From contig NC_068985.1 of the NCBI RefSeq assembly GCF_001194135.2, positions 42,149,000 through 42,212,999 of the forward strand: DNA of 64,000 nucleotides. Direction: 5' to 3'. This document shows positions 11,901-25,392 of this stretch, piece after piece. Below the pieces are notes generated by a model, which ran no database searches, was not told where the DNA came from, and worked only from the letters and a program-made list of their open reading frames with translations. The DNA comes from Octopus bimaculoides (Eukaryota). Every line of letters starts with the position of its first letter. Within the stretch, counting starts at the first letter, position 1. The translations under genes were made by a program, and so were the position numbers.

Positions 11901-14900
11901 CATTGGCCATCCTTTCAAAAACGTTCGTCGCACTGGAAATAGTAACATTTCTATGAGGAAAAGATTTAGGAAATTATACCCAAATATTCACTTCCAAGCT
12001 GATACTGAACTGTTTGGTAACCGTGTTAGAGAAGTCGTAGAAATTCCTGACATTGATTGGACATTAAATGGATCGACTTTGGAAGGTGATAGCATTAATT
12101 TATTGAAGAAATCAAAATCAACTGAAAATAAAACCATAACCTCCGGTCATTTACCTCAAGAAGATCTTTCAGAAAGATTACCTCAAAATAATAATGTAAT
12201 CCGAGGTATACATGCCATCAACACAAATATATTAGATTCCCAGAAAACCGATTCCCAGTCCATTGAAGATGACAACAGATACCGGAAAATACCCTTGGAG
12301 TATCCAAAAGATGTTGACGAATACAGACTTGATCACTTACATGGAATTCCGAACGTGTTCACTGTGGTGTCAAATACGAAAGATGATGATGACGATGATG
12401 ATTCTGCTGAATATAGTCAGTCGAATCATAACCTAGTGATCAACACGATTAAGTATAAATCACCCAATATAGATATGAATCCCATTGATTCTTTAAATCC
12501 TGTCTATTTAAATACCTTAAAAGATATTCGAAACTTTGTAGATACACACAGCGAAGATAAAGATGATTTCAATGAAAGACTAGATGAAGAAAGAGAAGAA
12601 GTGCAAGAAAATATGGAATACTCAAATAAACAGCCAGCATTTCATCCACTTTTGGCGAGAGGCAGAGAAGATTCGTATAAGACCGTATCTAATATTCAGT
12701 TAAATAATGAAAAGATGTCTCCTGTTTACAGGGAAATAAGCGGCTCACAAGAAGAATTTCCCGATATTGAGAGAGATCATGTTATTGGCGACTATCATTA
12801 TCCAAAATTCGATCAATTGAAAACAAAGATACAGCTTCCCACTGAACTATACCAAGATAGACTATATGGAATCGATTCGGATGACGAAAATGAAGAATTG
12901 CCGCTGATGTACAGAGATATAATGTACAAAAAGCGCTTATCCAAACACGACAATAATAGAATGTCGCATGATAATGACGATACATTTTCTACATCGGAAA
13001 GAGTAAACACAATGAACACAAATAAGCAAAATAATCTGAACAATTTCTATGTGCTGGGCAATAAGCCAAGTAAATTAAACCATACAGTTGGTGATTTCCA
13101 CAACAATAGTAGAATAAAAGTCAACCACCCACTAATGTCACACAATTCAATAAGTGCTCTCTATGGACAATCTCCATTAAACCCTGACGAAACATATGAT
13201 TCAGTCGAGGATAGCAACTTGGACTCCACTAGTATGGCGGATGAATTAAACTATCGCAATAAAAAACGGAAGTTGATTTCTTCAAGTTCACACAGTTTGC
13301 ATAATAAAATACTTGTTACAGGCGCTGATACACCTGGATTATTAGGTTCAACGAAAAGTGAACGAACATTAAACGAGAATCGTCTGAAAAATACTTTGCA
13401 AAAGAAAACTTCCAGCCTTTTCAAGAGTCATCTACGTAACCGTGATAAATTGTCAGATGATGCTTCCATCCGTTCTATAGAAGGGGTTCGATCTGACCAA
13501 GAATTTTATAGAACCTCGTCTGGCAGAAAAAGTCAGATTCTCGGTCAAGAAAATCGGGAAATCTATTTGCCCAGAGATTTTCATAGCTCCGAAATGATAT
13601 GGAGAAACGGAAAAAGTCCTTTACGTGGGATAGAGACTCAAGATATACCTCGTCAATATTGGCGAATTTATCAACTTCTAAAGAATGGAAATTTACCAGA
13701 AAAATACAGACCGTTATATTATCACTTAAAAGACGAAATAGATAAAATTGCCAATAAATCTTCGCAAGGTGACATCTATAAAACCAATGCTCATAATAAC
13801 CTTTCAGATCCAAATGAAACCTTGAATGAATTTGATATAAAATTAACTAATAGATCTGGTAGTTCTCCATTGTGGGACAACAAAAATGAAGTAGATATTC
13901 TTAAGAGAAACGAGTATGAGAAGAAAACAGATAAGGAAGCTACCGATATTGGTCTAGCAATGCAAAAGAGCAAAAAGAAATTGAGTGTAGTTGATGTTCA
14001 TGATGACACACAAATCGCTTTAGAAGGAGTTTATCTGAAGGGTGGTTTAGACTCTAATAATAAGGATTTGGGGACACCAGAATTTGGTGGTCGGCCATTG
14101 GAAGATGAAAGTATTTCTGGAGATTTTGGAACCAATACATTTGAGGAAAATAATAAAAACTGGAGGGATACAAGTTTCGATATTGGCATTTCAAATCCAA
14201 AGTGGAACGATACATTAGCTTATGAAGAATCCAGGATGAAGGAGAAAACTGCATTTCTGAATGATAAGGACTACAATATGAATAGCATGGATTACCAAAA
14301 ACTGCACAAAAACTTTTCTGATTATGAATTAACAAAAGGCCATAAGAGCGAAAACAGTTATCCGTTAGTTGATGAACAATTGCATAAAACACAATATAAA
14401 AATTACTTCGATGAAAATAGTCCTGGACTCTTTGAGAATGGAGTTCATTTTGGGGTTCATGGCAAAGCAGATAAAGGCCAGCAGAAACACGATATAAATA
14501 CAAATTCTCGAGGACCAAACAGCAAAGTTCTCGGTCCTAATGATCAAGAGAGTATACAGTATCCCACAGAAAACGGAAGTCCACTCACGGATATTATTGA
14601 GAATCATCAATATGAAAACGTATATAATTATCATGGGAGTATATATGACCCATACGATTACCTAGGGGAAGTGGATATCAGCCAACTGGACCCAGTTGAA
14701 AAGGCTTTTCAAATACCTTACAACAGTGTTCCAGAGAGTACACTCACTAAATTTGATAATCAAGGAAATCATTTAGAATCTTCAGATTTAACAAACACAA
14801 ATTTACAAAAAAATAGGTTAATGAAAGACAATTCAAATTTATTGACCCAGTATAGTGATGAAATGAATTTAAACGGTCGGGTAAGCCCAGAAAAACAGAC

Positions 14901-17900
14901 CCCTAGTATCGATAAAGATACAGAAAAGATCAAGAGCATGAGTAGAACCATAAACATAGATAAACCAGGAATCTTTGGTAGTGATTTTCAAGAGAAATCT
15001 GATCAAGTTGTATTAGATAAATATTTATCACATGATGTATTCCAAAAAGTATACGAAAGTCAAGGGGAAGGTAAACGCTTACATGAAAGCCATGAGGGAA
15101 GAAAACACTTGCAAGACAGCCACGGGGAAAAAAAACGCTTGCAAGACACCCATGGGGAAAGAAAACACGTGCAAGACAGCCATGGGGAAAGAAAACACTT
15201 GCAAGACAGCCACGGGGAAAGAAAACGCTTGCAAGACACCCATGGGGAAAGAAAACATTTGCAAGACACCCATGGGGAAAGAAAACATTTGCAAGACAAC
15301 CACGGGGAAATAAAACACTTGCAAGACAGCCATGAGGGAAGAAAATATTTGCAAGACACCCATGGGGAAAGAAAACACTTGCAAGACAGCCATGGAGAAA
15401 GAAAACACTTGCAAGACACCCATGGGGAAAGAAAACACGCACACGACAATCGTAGAGAAAGAAAGCAAGGACAAGGTAGCCATGAAGAGAAAAAATATTT
15501 ACATGGTAATTTTTGGGAAGGAAAGCATTCTCAAGACAGTTCTAGAGGAGATAGAAAACCTTCGCATGATAGTCTTTGGGAAGGAAAGCACTCAAAACAC
15601 AGTCGCAGAAGAGCAAAGCCGTTTCAACACAGTCGCAGTGAAGCAAAAATTCTACAAAGCCATAGGGATATTAATGATGATGAAGATGATAGTAAAACAC
15701 AAGAAATAGATATTGCCAAGCCAAATGATAATGAGTTAACAGAAGACATTGACGATGGCGATGCAAAACATTATTCTGGAAATAACTACTATTCTGATAT
15801 CATTGTCCAGCCATTAGGCTTAACAGAGAAAAACTTGCCAAACACATTTCAAATATCTCCAAGTAACGTCTTTTCAACATCGGCAACAATAATACATCGG
15901 AATAAAACTACAGAGGAGAGCAGAACTGATGCTAAAGAAACTGATGTTAAATATATTGATCACAAAATGTTTTCTGTAACTCAGAAGAAAATTTTCAAAT
16001 CATCGTTACCTGTCTCTGTAAGTAACTTAGAAGGTACTGACAACAAATGGCTTTATTCTAGTACGGATAACGGAGATGCAATTCGAAATGTCTCTTCCGA
16101 AGAAAAACAAGGAAAACAATTTGTTGACGTAGGTGTTCCGCTGACGTCTTCACATCCATCACAATTTCAGAATATCTCTAGGACATCAGATGCTATTGAT
16201 ATAGATGGAAGTCGATTTAAAGAAATAAGCAATATTACAGAAGAGACTGAATCTCAAGGAAATCAGTCATTGTTTTTAGATAGAATTTCTTTTGAACCAA
16301 CTTTATCGGATTTGGATAGTACGTCTGTCAAAATAAAGAAGTACAACACTCACCAAAGATTAGTTACATTTGGTAAGGATGACCACCAAGTATCAAAACA
16401 TGGCTCGTCTGAGTTAGGAGGAATTTCCAGGAGTGATTTCAATTCAAGCCAAATATATGAGGACCCGACATTTCGCGGAGAGATGGTACAGGCTGATGAT
16501 GCAAATGCGACAGAAATTCCACAACTAACATCAGCAAATGACTTTTTGATATACGATGAGAATTATGATCTTTTACCTGAAGAAAGTTCGAGAGACGAAA
16601 AGAACAGCAGTGAAAATTTAGATGAAGTGCATGATGATAGCATGAACACCTCTGTGCATGTTGAAGGGACTGTAGAAAAATGGGGACGTGGCGGACATTC
16701 GATTAAACCAACAACATCACTATCTGATGATAAAAACATCGATGACATTGCAAAGAAAGACACTGAAAACGATCCGTTAAAATCTCAACCATCGTACATG
16801 GATGAGAGTGAACATCTATTAGCAGAGATAGAACTCGGAGAGTCATTTCCTCAGTTAGAGGATAAAAAGATACCCCATACACCAGAAGAGGAATACCGTG
16901 AACATCAACATCACATGGGTGCCTCCCCTATTAACCGAGATATTCATCAGCTACATCAAATCTTACCAGATATTCTGGTTGAAGAACCTGATATCTCACA
17001 CAAACCAACTGTTCTTCAAACGACAACTGCTTTGAAAGACACTGAAAAGCATGTTAAAATTTCTGAAACAGTAAAAAAAGAAACTGTTCCAGCAATTGAC
17101 ATTGACAAACAGGTGTTCTTTAAGGGATCAGATATAGATAAAGAAAAGAAAAGAATCACTGGAAGAACAGAAGCATCGAAACTGGACTTTTTTGAACACG
17201 ATTCGTTTCAGAAGCCCGAAACACTCATGATGGAGACAACTGAAGAAACTCAAACAGATGCTAAGGATTCTCCGTCTACAAATATTATTGAACAAGAAGT
17301 AACTGGAGAAAGAACTGAAGAGAACATTTTACAAACAGCTGAAGACAAAATACTTCCAACTGATCTCGGTTTTAAAACAAAAGAAGACTCATTTGATTCT
17401 CATAAGAAATCTACTCATGGAGTTAGATCTGAAATACCTTCACTAGGACTTAACACTAAATTTATAACTTATGAAGGATCTGCCTTACCAACAATAACAG
17501 CAGGGCTTCAAGAAAGTCAGTCCTCATTCCTCCATTCATCTAATAATTCCGTCCCAAAAATTGAGACACAAGATGTGCTAGGTAAATTAATCACTGAACA
17601 AGGTGAGAAAACGTCTAAAGAAAGTTATACGGGAACAACACGTGATATCAAGGCTGATCCAGACATGAAAACGTTAGGATTGCTTCAATCTAGGAAAGAG
17701 GTGAAGACATTCAATAAAACAGGCCTGCAAGACAAACTTGATATTGTTAAATCGGATACTACTTTGCTTGGTATCGAAGAACTTATAATACATGAATCTA
17801 AACCACAAAGCACATTGCAAGGTAGTGATAAATCACAAAGTCAACACCATGAATATCTAGATGGTATTTTACAAAGTACTGATAAATCTAGAAGCCGTCA

Positions 17901-20900
17901 ACCGACTACAAAGGTTGGTACTTTACAGAGTGGGGAACCATTTGAAACAGATGTTACCATTAAGGGTTCTGGTAAATTAAAAGAATATGAAGCACCTGCA
18001 AAATATGTTACATTACAGGGTAGACAGACATCAATGAAATCTAAATCAACAGTAATGGATGGTACTGCACACGATATTGATATATCGAGAAGTCCTAAAA
18101 CAATTCAGATTAATGATAGCATATATAGCAGTGGCAGTAAATTACATGGCTATGAATCATCGACACAGCTCCATGATACTTATGAACATAAAGCTACTCA
18201 TGTAGGAGACAGCACTTCATATAGTAGGGAGAAATCAAAAAAATCTGAAACAACTCTGCAAGACAGTATTTCTCAGGCTACAGAAGAAAAACGACTACCT
18301 AGCTTATCTCATCTAGATGGCGCATCACTTGGTGCAGACATATCAAAAATATATGTGGAGCCAACACAAGCAGTCAGTACCTTGAGAGATACATCTCAAT
18401 TACATGAAGCTTCATATGGTAGAGGTGATTCAAGAGGACATACACCGATTCAAGTAAATCATACTATGCAACATATAGAAGAATTAAGAGGACAACAACC
18501 AACTCAGTTATATGGTACCTTGCCGGGTAAAGATGAACATAAACACACACCAGTTCAGCTAGATGACGCATTGCTTGGCATTGATGAATCACATAAACTT
18601 GAATTGTCCCATACAGACAATACCTCACAAGGTCCAGAGAAAGAAATATTTCACGAGGCGAAACTACATAATGCTTCCCATAGTATAGATGAAGTTAGAA
18701 GACATGAGATGATTAAATTGCAAAATATTTCATATGACATTGAGGAATCGAAGAGGAATGAATCGACCCAGGTACTCAACACATCACTTAGTATTGATAA
18801 ATTAAAAGAACATAAACCCATTCAACTGAACACTACCTTAGATAGTACAGATATATCGCATAGACTTGGACCTTCTCTACTAGATGGTAGCTCACATGCT
18901 ACTAGTGAATTCTACAGGCAGGAATCAACTATTGTAGACTATGCTTTGCATGGTATACATGAATCAAAAGAATACGAACCAACTCAAATAGATGGTACGT
19001 CGAACGTTGGTACAAGTAAACTGAATGAATATGAACCGACTATCGATGGTACTTTGCATGATACAAGTGAATTATTTAAGCATAATCAATCTCAGTTATA
19101 TGGTACTTCACATGGTACAGACGCATTTAAAAGGCAAGAACCGGTTCAGTTAGAGGGTACCGTGAACATTGGTTCAGATAAACAGGGCGAATATGAACCG
19201 ACTCAACTAAGTGGTACTTCTCATGATACAGGACGACTTATTAATGATAAATCATCTCTGTTAGATGGTGTTTCAGATGGATTTAATAAGTCCCATGGGC
19301 AGGAACTGATTCAAATAGATGGTATAGATGGTATCTCATACGATACAGGTGGTTTGCATGGACCTAAACTCTCTAAATTAGATGGTACCTTACGTGATAC
19401 AGGTGAGCTGTATGGACACAAGTCAACAGAACTAGCTAGTACTCTTCATGGACATAAACCGACTCAAACAGATGACATCTCTCATATTACAAAAGGATTA
19501 TCTGAACAAGAAGCATCACTGCTAGATAGTTCTACTTATAGTACAGGTGAATTAAATACTCATGGACCAACTCAGTTCGAAAGCATCCCATCACATAGTA
19601 TAGATGGACTACAAAGTATAGGTGGACTACAACTGTCTCAATTAGATCGTAGAAGACAGGAAACAGATGAACTACCTGGACACAAACCATCATCTCCAGA
19701 TAGTACTCCATATAGTACAGATGGACTGCATGGATATGAATCGTCTCAAGTGGATGGTATTTCGTATAGAATAAAAGAATCAACAAGTCATAAATTAACT
19801 CAAGCAAATGGTAGCTTGTATAATGTAACAGAATCAAGAAACCATTCAGAACCGCACCAGTATGATACTTGGCATAGTCTAAATAAATATGAAACTACTC
19901 AATCAGATGGTAATAGACAAAGTAAGGGTATCTTTAGAAGTAGTGAAACTGTTAGATCGGATGTTGACTTACCTTTTAACGAAACATCAAAGCACGGAGA
20001 AGCAACGAAAACAGATGATGGTATTAAATTAACTAGTTATCGAATACCGAAACTAACTGGTGTATCTCTGGAAAGTGATGGGTCCTCGAGACAACATGGT
20101 ACATTACATGTTACAGATGATAATTTACAGGATTCTAAAAGTAATGTAATGGGTGATAGCTCACATGTTACAGACAAAATGAAAAGCCACAGACAATTTA
20201 AATTTGATCATACAGTGAGCAGTTCGGACAAATCTAGAATTACTCAGTCAGCTAAACAATATATTAGCTTGGATGATACTGAGAAATCGAAAACATTGGA
20301 TAGTACTTGGCGTAGAACTGATGAGTTGGGAATGTTTCAAACGCCTAAAACTGACATTATATATCACAGTACTGAAAGACCAAAGAGTTATGAACCTGTA
20401 GGGACATATGACATGTTGCATGGTTCAACTAATATAGATGGTACCTTACAAGATACTGATATATTGAGAGGTTACGATCCATCACAACCAGATGCTAGCC
20501 CATATAGTACAGATAAAGAAGGAGTGTATGTGTCAAAAACTGATGAAGCCTCACATGGAACCGACAAAATAATCAGTTATGATCCAACGAACATTTTCGG
20601 TACCTCACATGATGCAGATAGAATAAAAAGCTCTTATACAATGCAAGTTGATGACACACCACATCATACATCGAAATATATCGATAGAATAAAGAGTTAT
20701 GATCCGACAAAAGTGAGTGATGATTTCCAAGTTAGTGTTAAATCAAAATTTTCTGAACCAACTAAGACAGGAACTTCCATTGCTGAATCAGTGTTAGATA
20801 AACATACACCAACCACATATTCAAAATCTGGTGATGGGATTCTCAGAGAAATCAGTGGATATGAGTTTTTACATCCAGGTTATCGGACAACTATTAAATC

Positions 20901-22918
20901 AAACGGCAGAAGTTGGATAAAGGTACCACCATTAGATAATAGCTTTAGAAAAGAAATCCAAGATACTGATCACCAGATAAGCGATGACACCTTGTATCAA
21001 ACCTCTTTTACTGATAAGCATTTTGACAGAGACGGGATAACGATTTCAGCAACAAAACAAATCAAAGGAGAAAAGGCAGTAACATACGGTGACGTAAGCA
21101 AAAAAGTCGATAGAGGTGAACCGAAATTTGTTAGTTCAACGTCAGAACCATCAAAAGATGGTAAAGTCTTGTCATTGGATGGGGAAACGCAAAAAAAAAC
21201 AGACGAGAATTATGTTGATAGTCATAAGATGCCTATAGACATGCCTGGCGTGAAAACAGAAACTTCTACTGATGCAACATTGAAACTGATTCATGACACT
21301 AGTCTTTCTTCTTCTAAGGAGACTGGACAACATTCGGTTTCTGAACAAACTCATGCCTATCCGTCTCTGGTCACTAGATCGCCAGTCGATAAACAGAAGA
21401 CAGAAAAAGACCTTGCCATTAATGCATCAGCCAAACGGACTGACGATTTATCTTCAGTTATTTTCACTGACAGTATTACTAAAGAGGTGCTATCGACTAA
21501 ATCTGAAGACTTCCCCAAAGAAAATGTGATGGATAGTTTTTCATCTCTTAAACCAAAAGTATCATCTTCTAAAACTTCTGCCCCACACCAAACATTTTCA
21601 GGCATTTCATCAATATTAGACAAGAAACAAGATCAAAAGCAATTAAAAACACTTCTTGATCTTCCTTCAACTTTATTATTCGGTCAGCTAATGGATGTTG
21701 GTCTTACTTCAAAAGGTTCACATCCTGAAAGTCAAGACACGCATTCATCAATAGAGGTTGATGTTGACCGTACAGAACATTTTCCTGGTTTTGATGCACT
21801 CCGACAACTAACGGGATCTGCTCCAAAAGAAAAAGAGAAAATTGTTACAGAAATTGCTTCGGATTTATTTCAGACCAAGCACCAAGATGTGAAACCCTTT
21901 ATTGAAAAGAAAATCCCGACTGTTAAAACTCCAACTGTAAAATTCAAACAGAGTGTTGATAAGTCACGATTTAATGGTCTCAAGAATGTTTCTCTCCGAC
22001 ATCCTGGTAAATCCAACGAAAGTATATTTTCTGACTTTGATACTGAATCTGACCAAATTCCTATTCAACATACCATAACAATGACTCCTCACACTAAAGC
22101 TGAAGGTAGTGTCACAGATATTGATCACAAGTTAAAATCACCTGAAAGAGATGATAGAAAACTTCATAAAATAACGCAGCCATACAGCATTAAAGTAGAA
22201 CCTGGTTTAGAAACGGATTTAATCGATGAAGGTATTCCACTTCCAGAATACACAAGCTTTGTCAATTACCAAGATTCTATTGATCCCGGAGCATCAACAA
22301 GTGAGGTACCTATCCATATACAGAGCACATTTAACAAAAGTTTCACAAAAACAGATGAAAAAGAGAAGTTATTTCCCGAAATGTTACACAGTAATATTCC
22401 ATCATACGAAACACCTGTCCTTGATTTTACAGAAGATGATCGGAAAATCCTTATGGATAGAACAACCCCTAATGCTCATTTAAATATTTTAAGTTCTAAG
22501 AAACAGCGCTTTCATGCTAGTTATTCTCCAGATCAGTATCAAAAACCAACAAAAACTGGAAGACCATACGCTACAACTGGATATCCTTCCATGATTGAAC
22601 ATTTTGACCGAAAAGATATCATGAAATTCCATATTCCAGGTGATACTACAATCAGTACACATCCTGAAAGTACTCTTCCGCACACACCAAAGATTCCTAC
22701 GGAAAAAACAATGCAGTTTAGGAAAGGAACTCCCGGTATAACTAATAATATGAAATCTTTGAGACAACAGTCTGATAGATTTTTGCAGATAGTCACTCCA
22801 TCAATAAGAAGAAGTGATATAAAAAATATATGGGAAGACAATTCAAATTTAATGTTAAACTTATATGAAACTTCGAGATTTACAAAAGCTTCCTTTCTTC
22901 GCAAAAACGAATCTGCTT
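8936..22918 (+). CDS. Giant internal coding exon (13,983 bp, 4,661 codons) of a zonadhesin/FCGBP/mucin-like secreted protein; low-complexity, probably disordered
   Basis: Acceptor tttacAG at 8934-35 lies just after an in-frame TAA (8926-28). The frame is open from 8938 (GDGKNWNK...) into the 9157 ORF. Donor gctt|GTGAGT at 22919. Phase 1 at both ends, length divisible by 3. Confidence 0.9.
15049..15600 (+). repeat. Coding 30-bp tandem repeat (10 aa, consensus LQD[S/T]HGERKH), about 12 core copies plus degenerate flanks
   Basis: Repeated cttgcaagacacccatggggaaagaaaaca; visible in the translation. Confidence 0.95.
18100..20700 (+). repeat. Coding degenerate 18-aa (54-bp) repeat, consensus roughly ELHGYEPTQLDGTSHDTD
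   Basis: Units such as KQGEYEPTQLSGTSHDTG, GLHGPKLSKLDGTLRDTG, ELPGHKPSSPDSTPYSTD, GLHGYESSQVDGISYRIK. Confidence 0.75.
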
Positions 22919-23155
22919 GTGAGTATAAATGTTTTTTTTTCTTCTTTATTCTAATCTCCTTGAGAAAATTTTTTAGACTTTTGAAAGTACAGAGCCTAGA
23001 AATTTCATTTTCATACCTGACTGACTTTCAGCACAAAAATATTTATATAACAAAAAATTGTTTAATCAAACTATCCCTCGGTCTAATAGTTGTCAAAGTT
23101 TCTGTGATACAATCTTTAGTTGTCATAGCAAGTAATCAAAATAGATGAGGATACA

Positions 23156-23188
<33 letters not shown>

Positions 23189-23505
23189 GATGATGAGTAT
23201 TCTAAATAATTTGGAGTAATAATATGAGCAAATATATTAATACTGATCTTATATTAGCGTTAGTACACATATTCGTAGTACACATATTCTCAGTTGGGAA
23301 ATAGAGTTTCGGATATACATACATTCGTACATATGTATGTATTCATTCCAGTGGGTAACATGTTCAAAGAAGCTATGTCCGGTCACTTAAAATAAAAAAA
23401 TTTAAAGATGAACCTGAGAGTGAATAAACGTTTAACTCATAATCGTTAGTCCGACTATATATATANNNNNNNNNNNNNNNNNNNNNNNNNNNNNNNNNNN
23501 NNNNA

Positions 23506-23789
23506 TATTAATCGAAATGTACGATGTAACAAATCCATTACGGCTGATCTTACCAATCAGTTTCGCATTAGAAGTTCAACGGAGTGTTAGGTAAGCCTGC
23601 GCTCATCAGAGCTAGCGGTTATAGAATGAAATATGAAGCTCACCATATTTCATTTCATAACGGCTATCTCTGATGAGCGCAAGGTTACATAATCGGACTG
23701 TTACCTAACGCTCTGTTGAACCCCTAGTAGGAAACCAATTGGTAAGATCAGCCGTGACAGATATATAATACTGTACGCTTCGATTAATA
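23506..23789. repeat. 284-bp fold-back palindrome (MITE-like hairpin)
   Basis: Arm pairs: tattaatcgaa/ttcgattaata; acggctgatcttaccaat/attggtaagatcagccgt; gcgctcatcagag/ctctgatgagcgc; atgaaatatg/catatttcat. Loop near 23636-23643. Confidence 0.9.
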
Positions 23790-25392
23790 TACCCGCTCTA
23801 TTGACAGATATACGAGTGCATTTTTACCTGACTTATAGGTAAATGGTGAACAGGCAGACATACAGACAGATAGATTGGTGGACAGGCAGACAGATAAATG
23901 TTATGCTGCTAGAAGAAGAGATAAAAAAGAGTGAGGAAGTGTTTAGATGAAAACGTAAAAAAGATGAAAGGGAGACAGTGAAAGTGAAGAATGAAGAAAG
24001 AAGAACGCACGAGAAGTTTTTCACAGTAAGATGATTTACAGTCCTAAGAATCTCTCAACTGATGTACTCCAAGTAGTATTTTGCTGTCTAGGCCTTCACT
24101 TTCCGGGTGGAGTCTATTTTCATATAACTTTTGGTATCCTGCCCCTGTATGTTCTGCGTGTGTGGCCTAGCCAAATGAGCTACCATTATTTTGTTTGAAG
24201 GACCATCAAGGATCACTCCGGTGCATTCAGTTTTGTGGTACAGTTCTCTATTTGACACTTTATAAGACCTTAAGATGGCTTAGATGGCTAGACCAGACAC
24301 TCAGAATTAACCGGGACAGGATAACAAAAGTAACTGTTACAAAATTTGAAACTGTAGATCACAATTCGGTAACCTGCGGATAAAAGAATCTATCTTAATC
24401 GAGATACACAAACTAACAATTACAGCTGGCTTGAATTGAATGCATGCCAATGAATACGATAACTCAATATTTAACCTACTTCCTTTTCACACACGTCACT
24501 CTATCCCGACACTTAAGGCTGTGTAACAAACACGGCCCTAAATTTCTATACGTTCAAACATGTAATAATCTTATCACACCGAGGAACCCGACACATGAAA
24601 CAAAAATAAATAAATAAAAAATCAGGGGACGCAGAATTTATTTTCCTTTGCTTCTTTAAAACGTTGAAAGAGAGATTTTAAAACAGAAACATCATAGCTT
24701 ATTAAAAACACTCTTCTGTAAACATATACATTTTGATATGTACACATTTTCTCACTTAAATCTATTTTTTGTCTTAGATTATTTGGTAGAGAGTGTGGAC
24801 AATGTAGCCAGATCTCTGAAGCTCAAACTACTTGAAAGAGAAACATGTATTTGTTATTTTACTAAGCAAACAGTTGAGGTTTCCTGCAAGCAAGAAATGA
24901 TAGGACGTATTATTAAGCTGACTCTACCAAGTAAGGAACGGGATATAAATATAATGTGCAGTGTGAAGACATATGATGATTCTTGGAAAGGTATGAAATT
25001 TTATTTTATTCGAATTCTTCCACTATATCGGCAAAATTCCTCCATCATATCGATCAGTTTAGCCATAATTTGATCGATTTCGCTAGCAATTTCGATCAGT
25101 TCTATTTAGTTTTTTCTTAGTTCCTCCTCGAAGTCGCGTAGTATTTGTTCATTTGTCTGAAACAAACACTTGCTCTGCTGGTGTGGTAGTGGTGGTGGTG
25201 GTTTATTTGTCTGGTGTTTATTTGTCTGCTGTTAAACCCCCAAATCAAACCTCGAAAAGCCAATGAAGAAGATTTCTCGGAGGAGGGGACATAAACATAT
25301 TCTTAAAGAGAAAAATATATTGGCTTAATGTGAACGAAGTAAATGAATCCAACCTTCAGCTTATACCACTTTTAATTGAAATCATAACTATA

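Noticed and set aside
15079-15438. 30-bp repeats as a CRISPR array
   Set aside because: No spacers, in-frame within a eukaryotic exon, no cas genes.
14930-15709. Alternative-frame and antisense repeat ORFs (FFPHGCLAS, CFLSPWVSCK, MGKENTCKT)
   Set aside because: They are shadows of the 30-bp coding repeat, which happens to lack stops in other frames.
22919-23148. Hydrophobic C-terminal tail of the long ORF (CFFFFFILISL..., LIKLSLGLIVV...) as a membrane anchor
   Set aside because: It begins exactly at a consensus GTGAGT donor and has T-rich intronic composition. It is read-through, unless intron-retaining transcripts are shown.
23670-23676. CTGATGA in the 284-bp hairpin as a hammerhead core
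   Set aside because: No stem II-GAAA follows, and the motif is paired within the palindrome arm.
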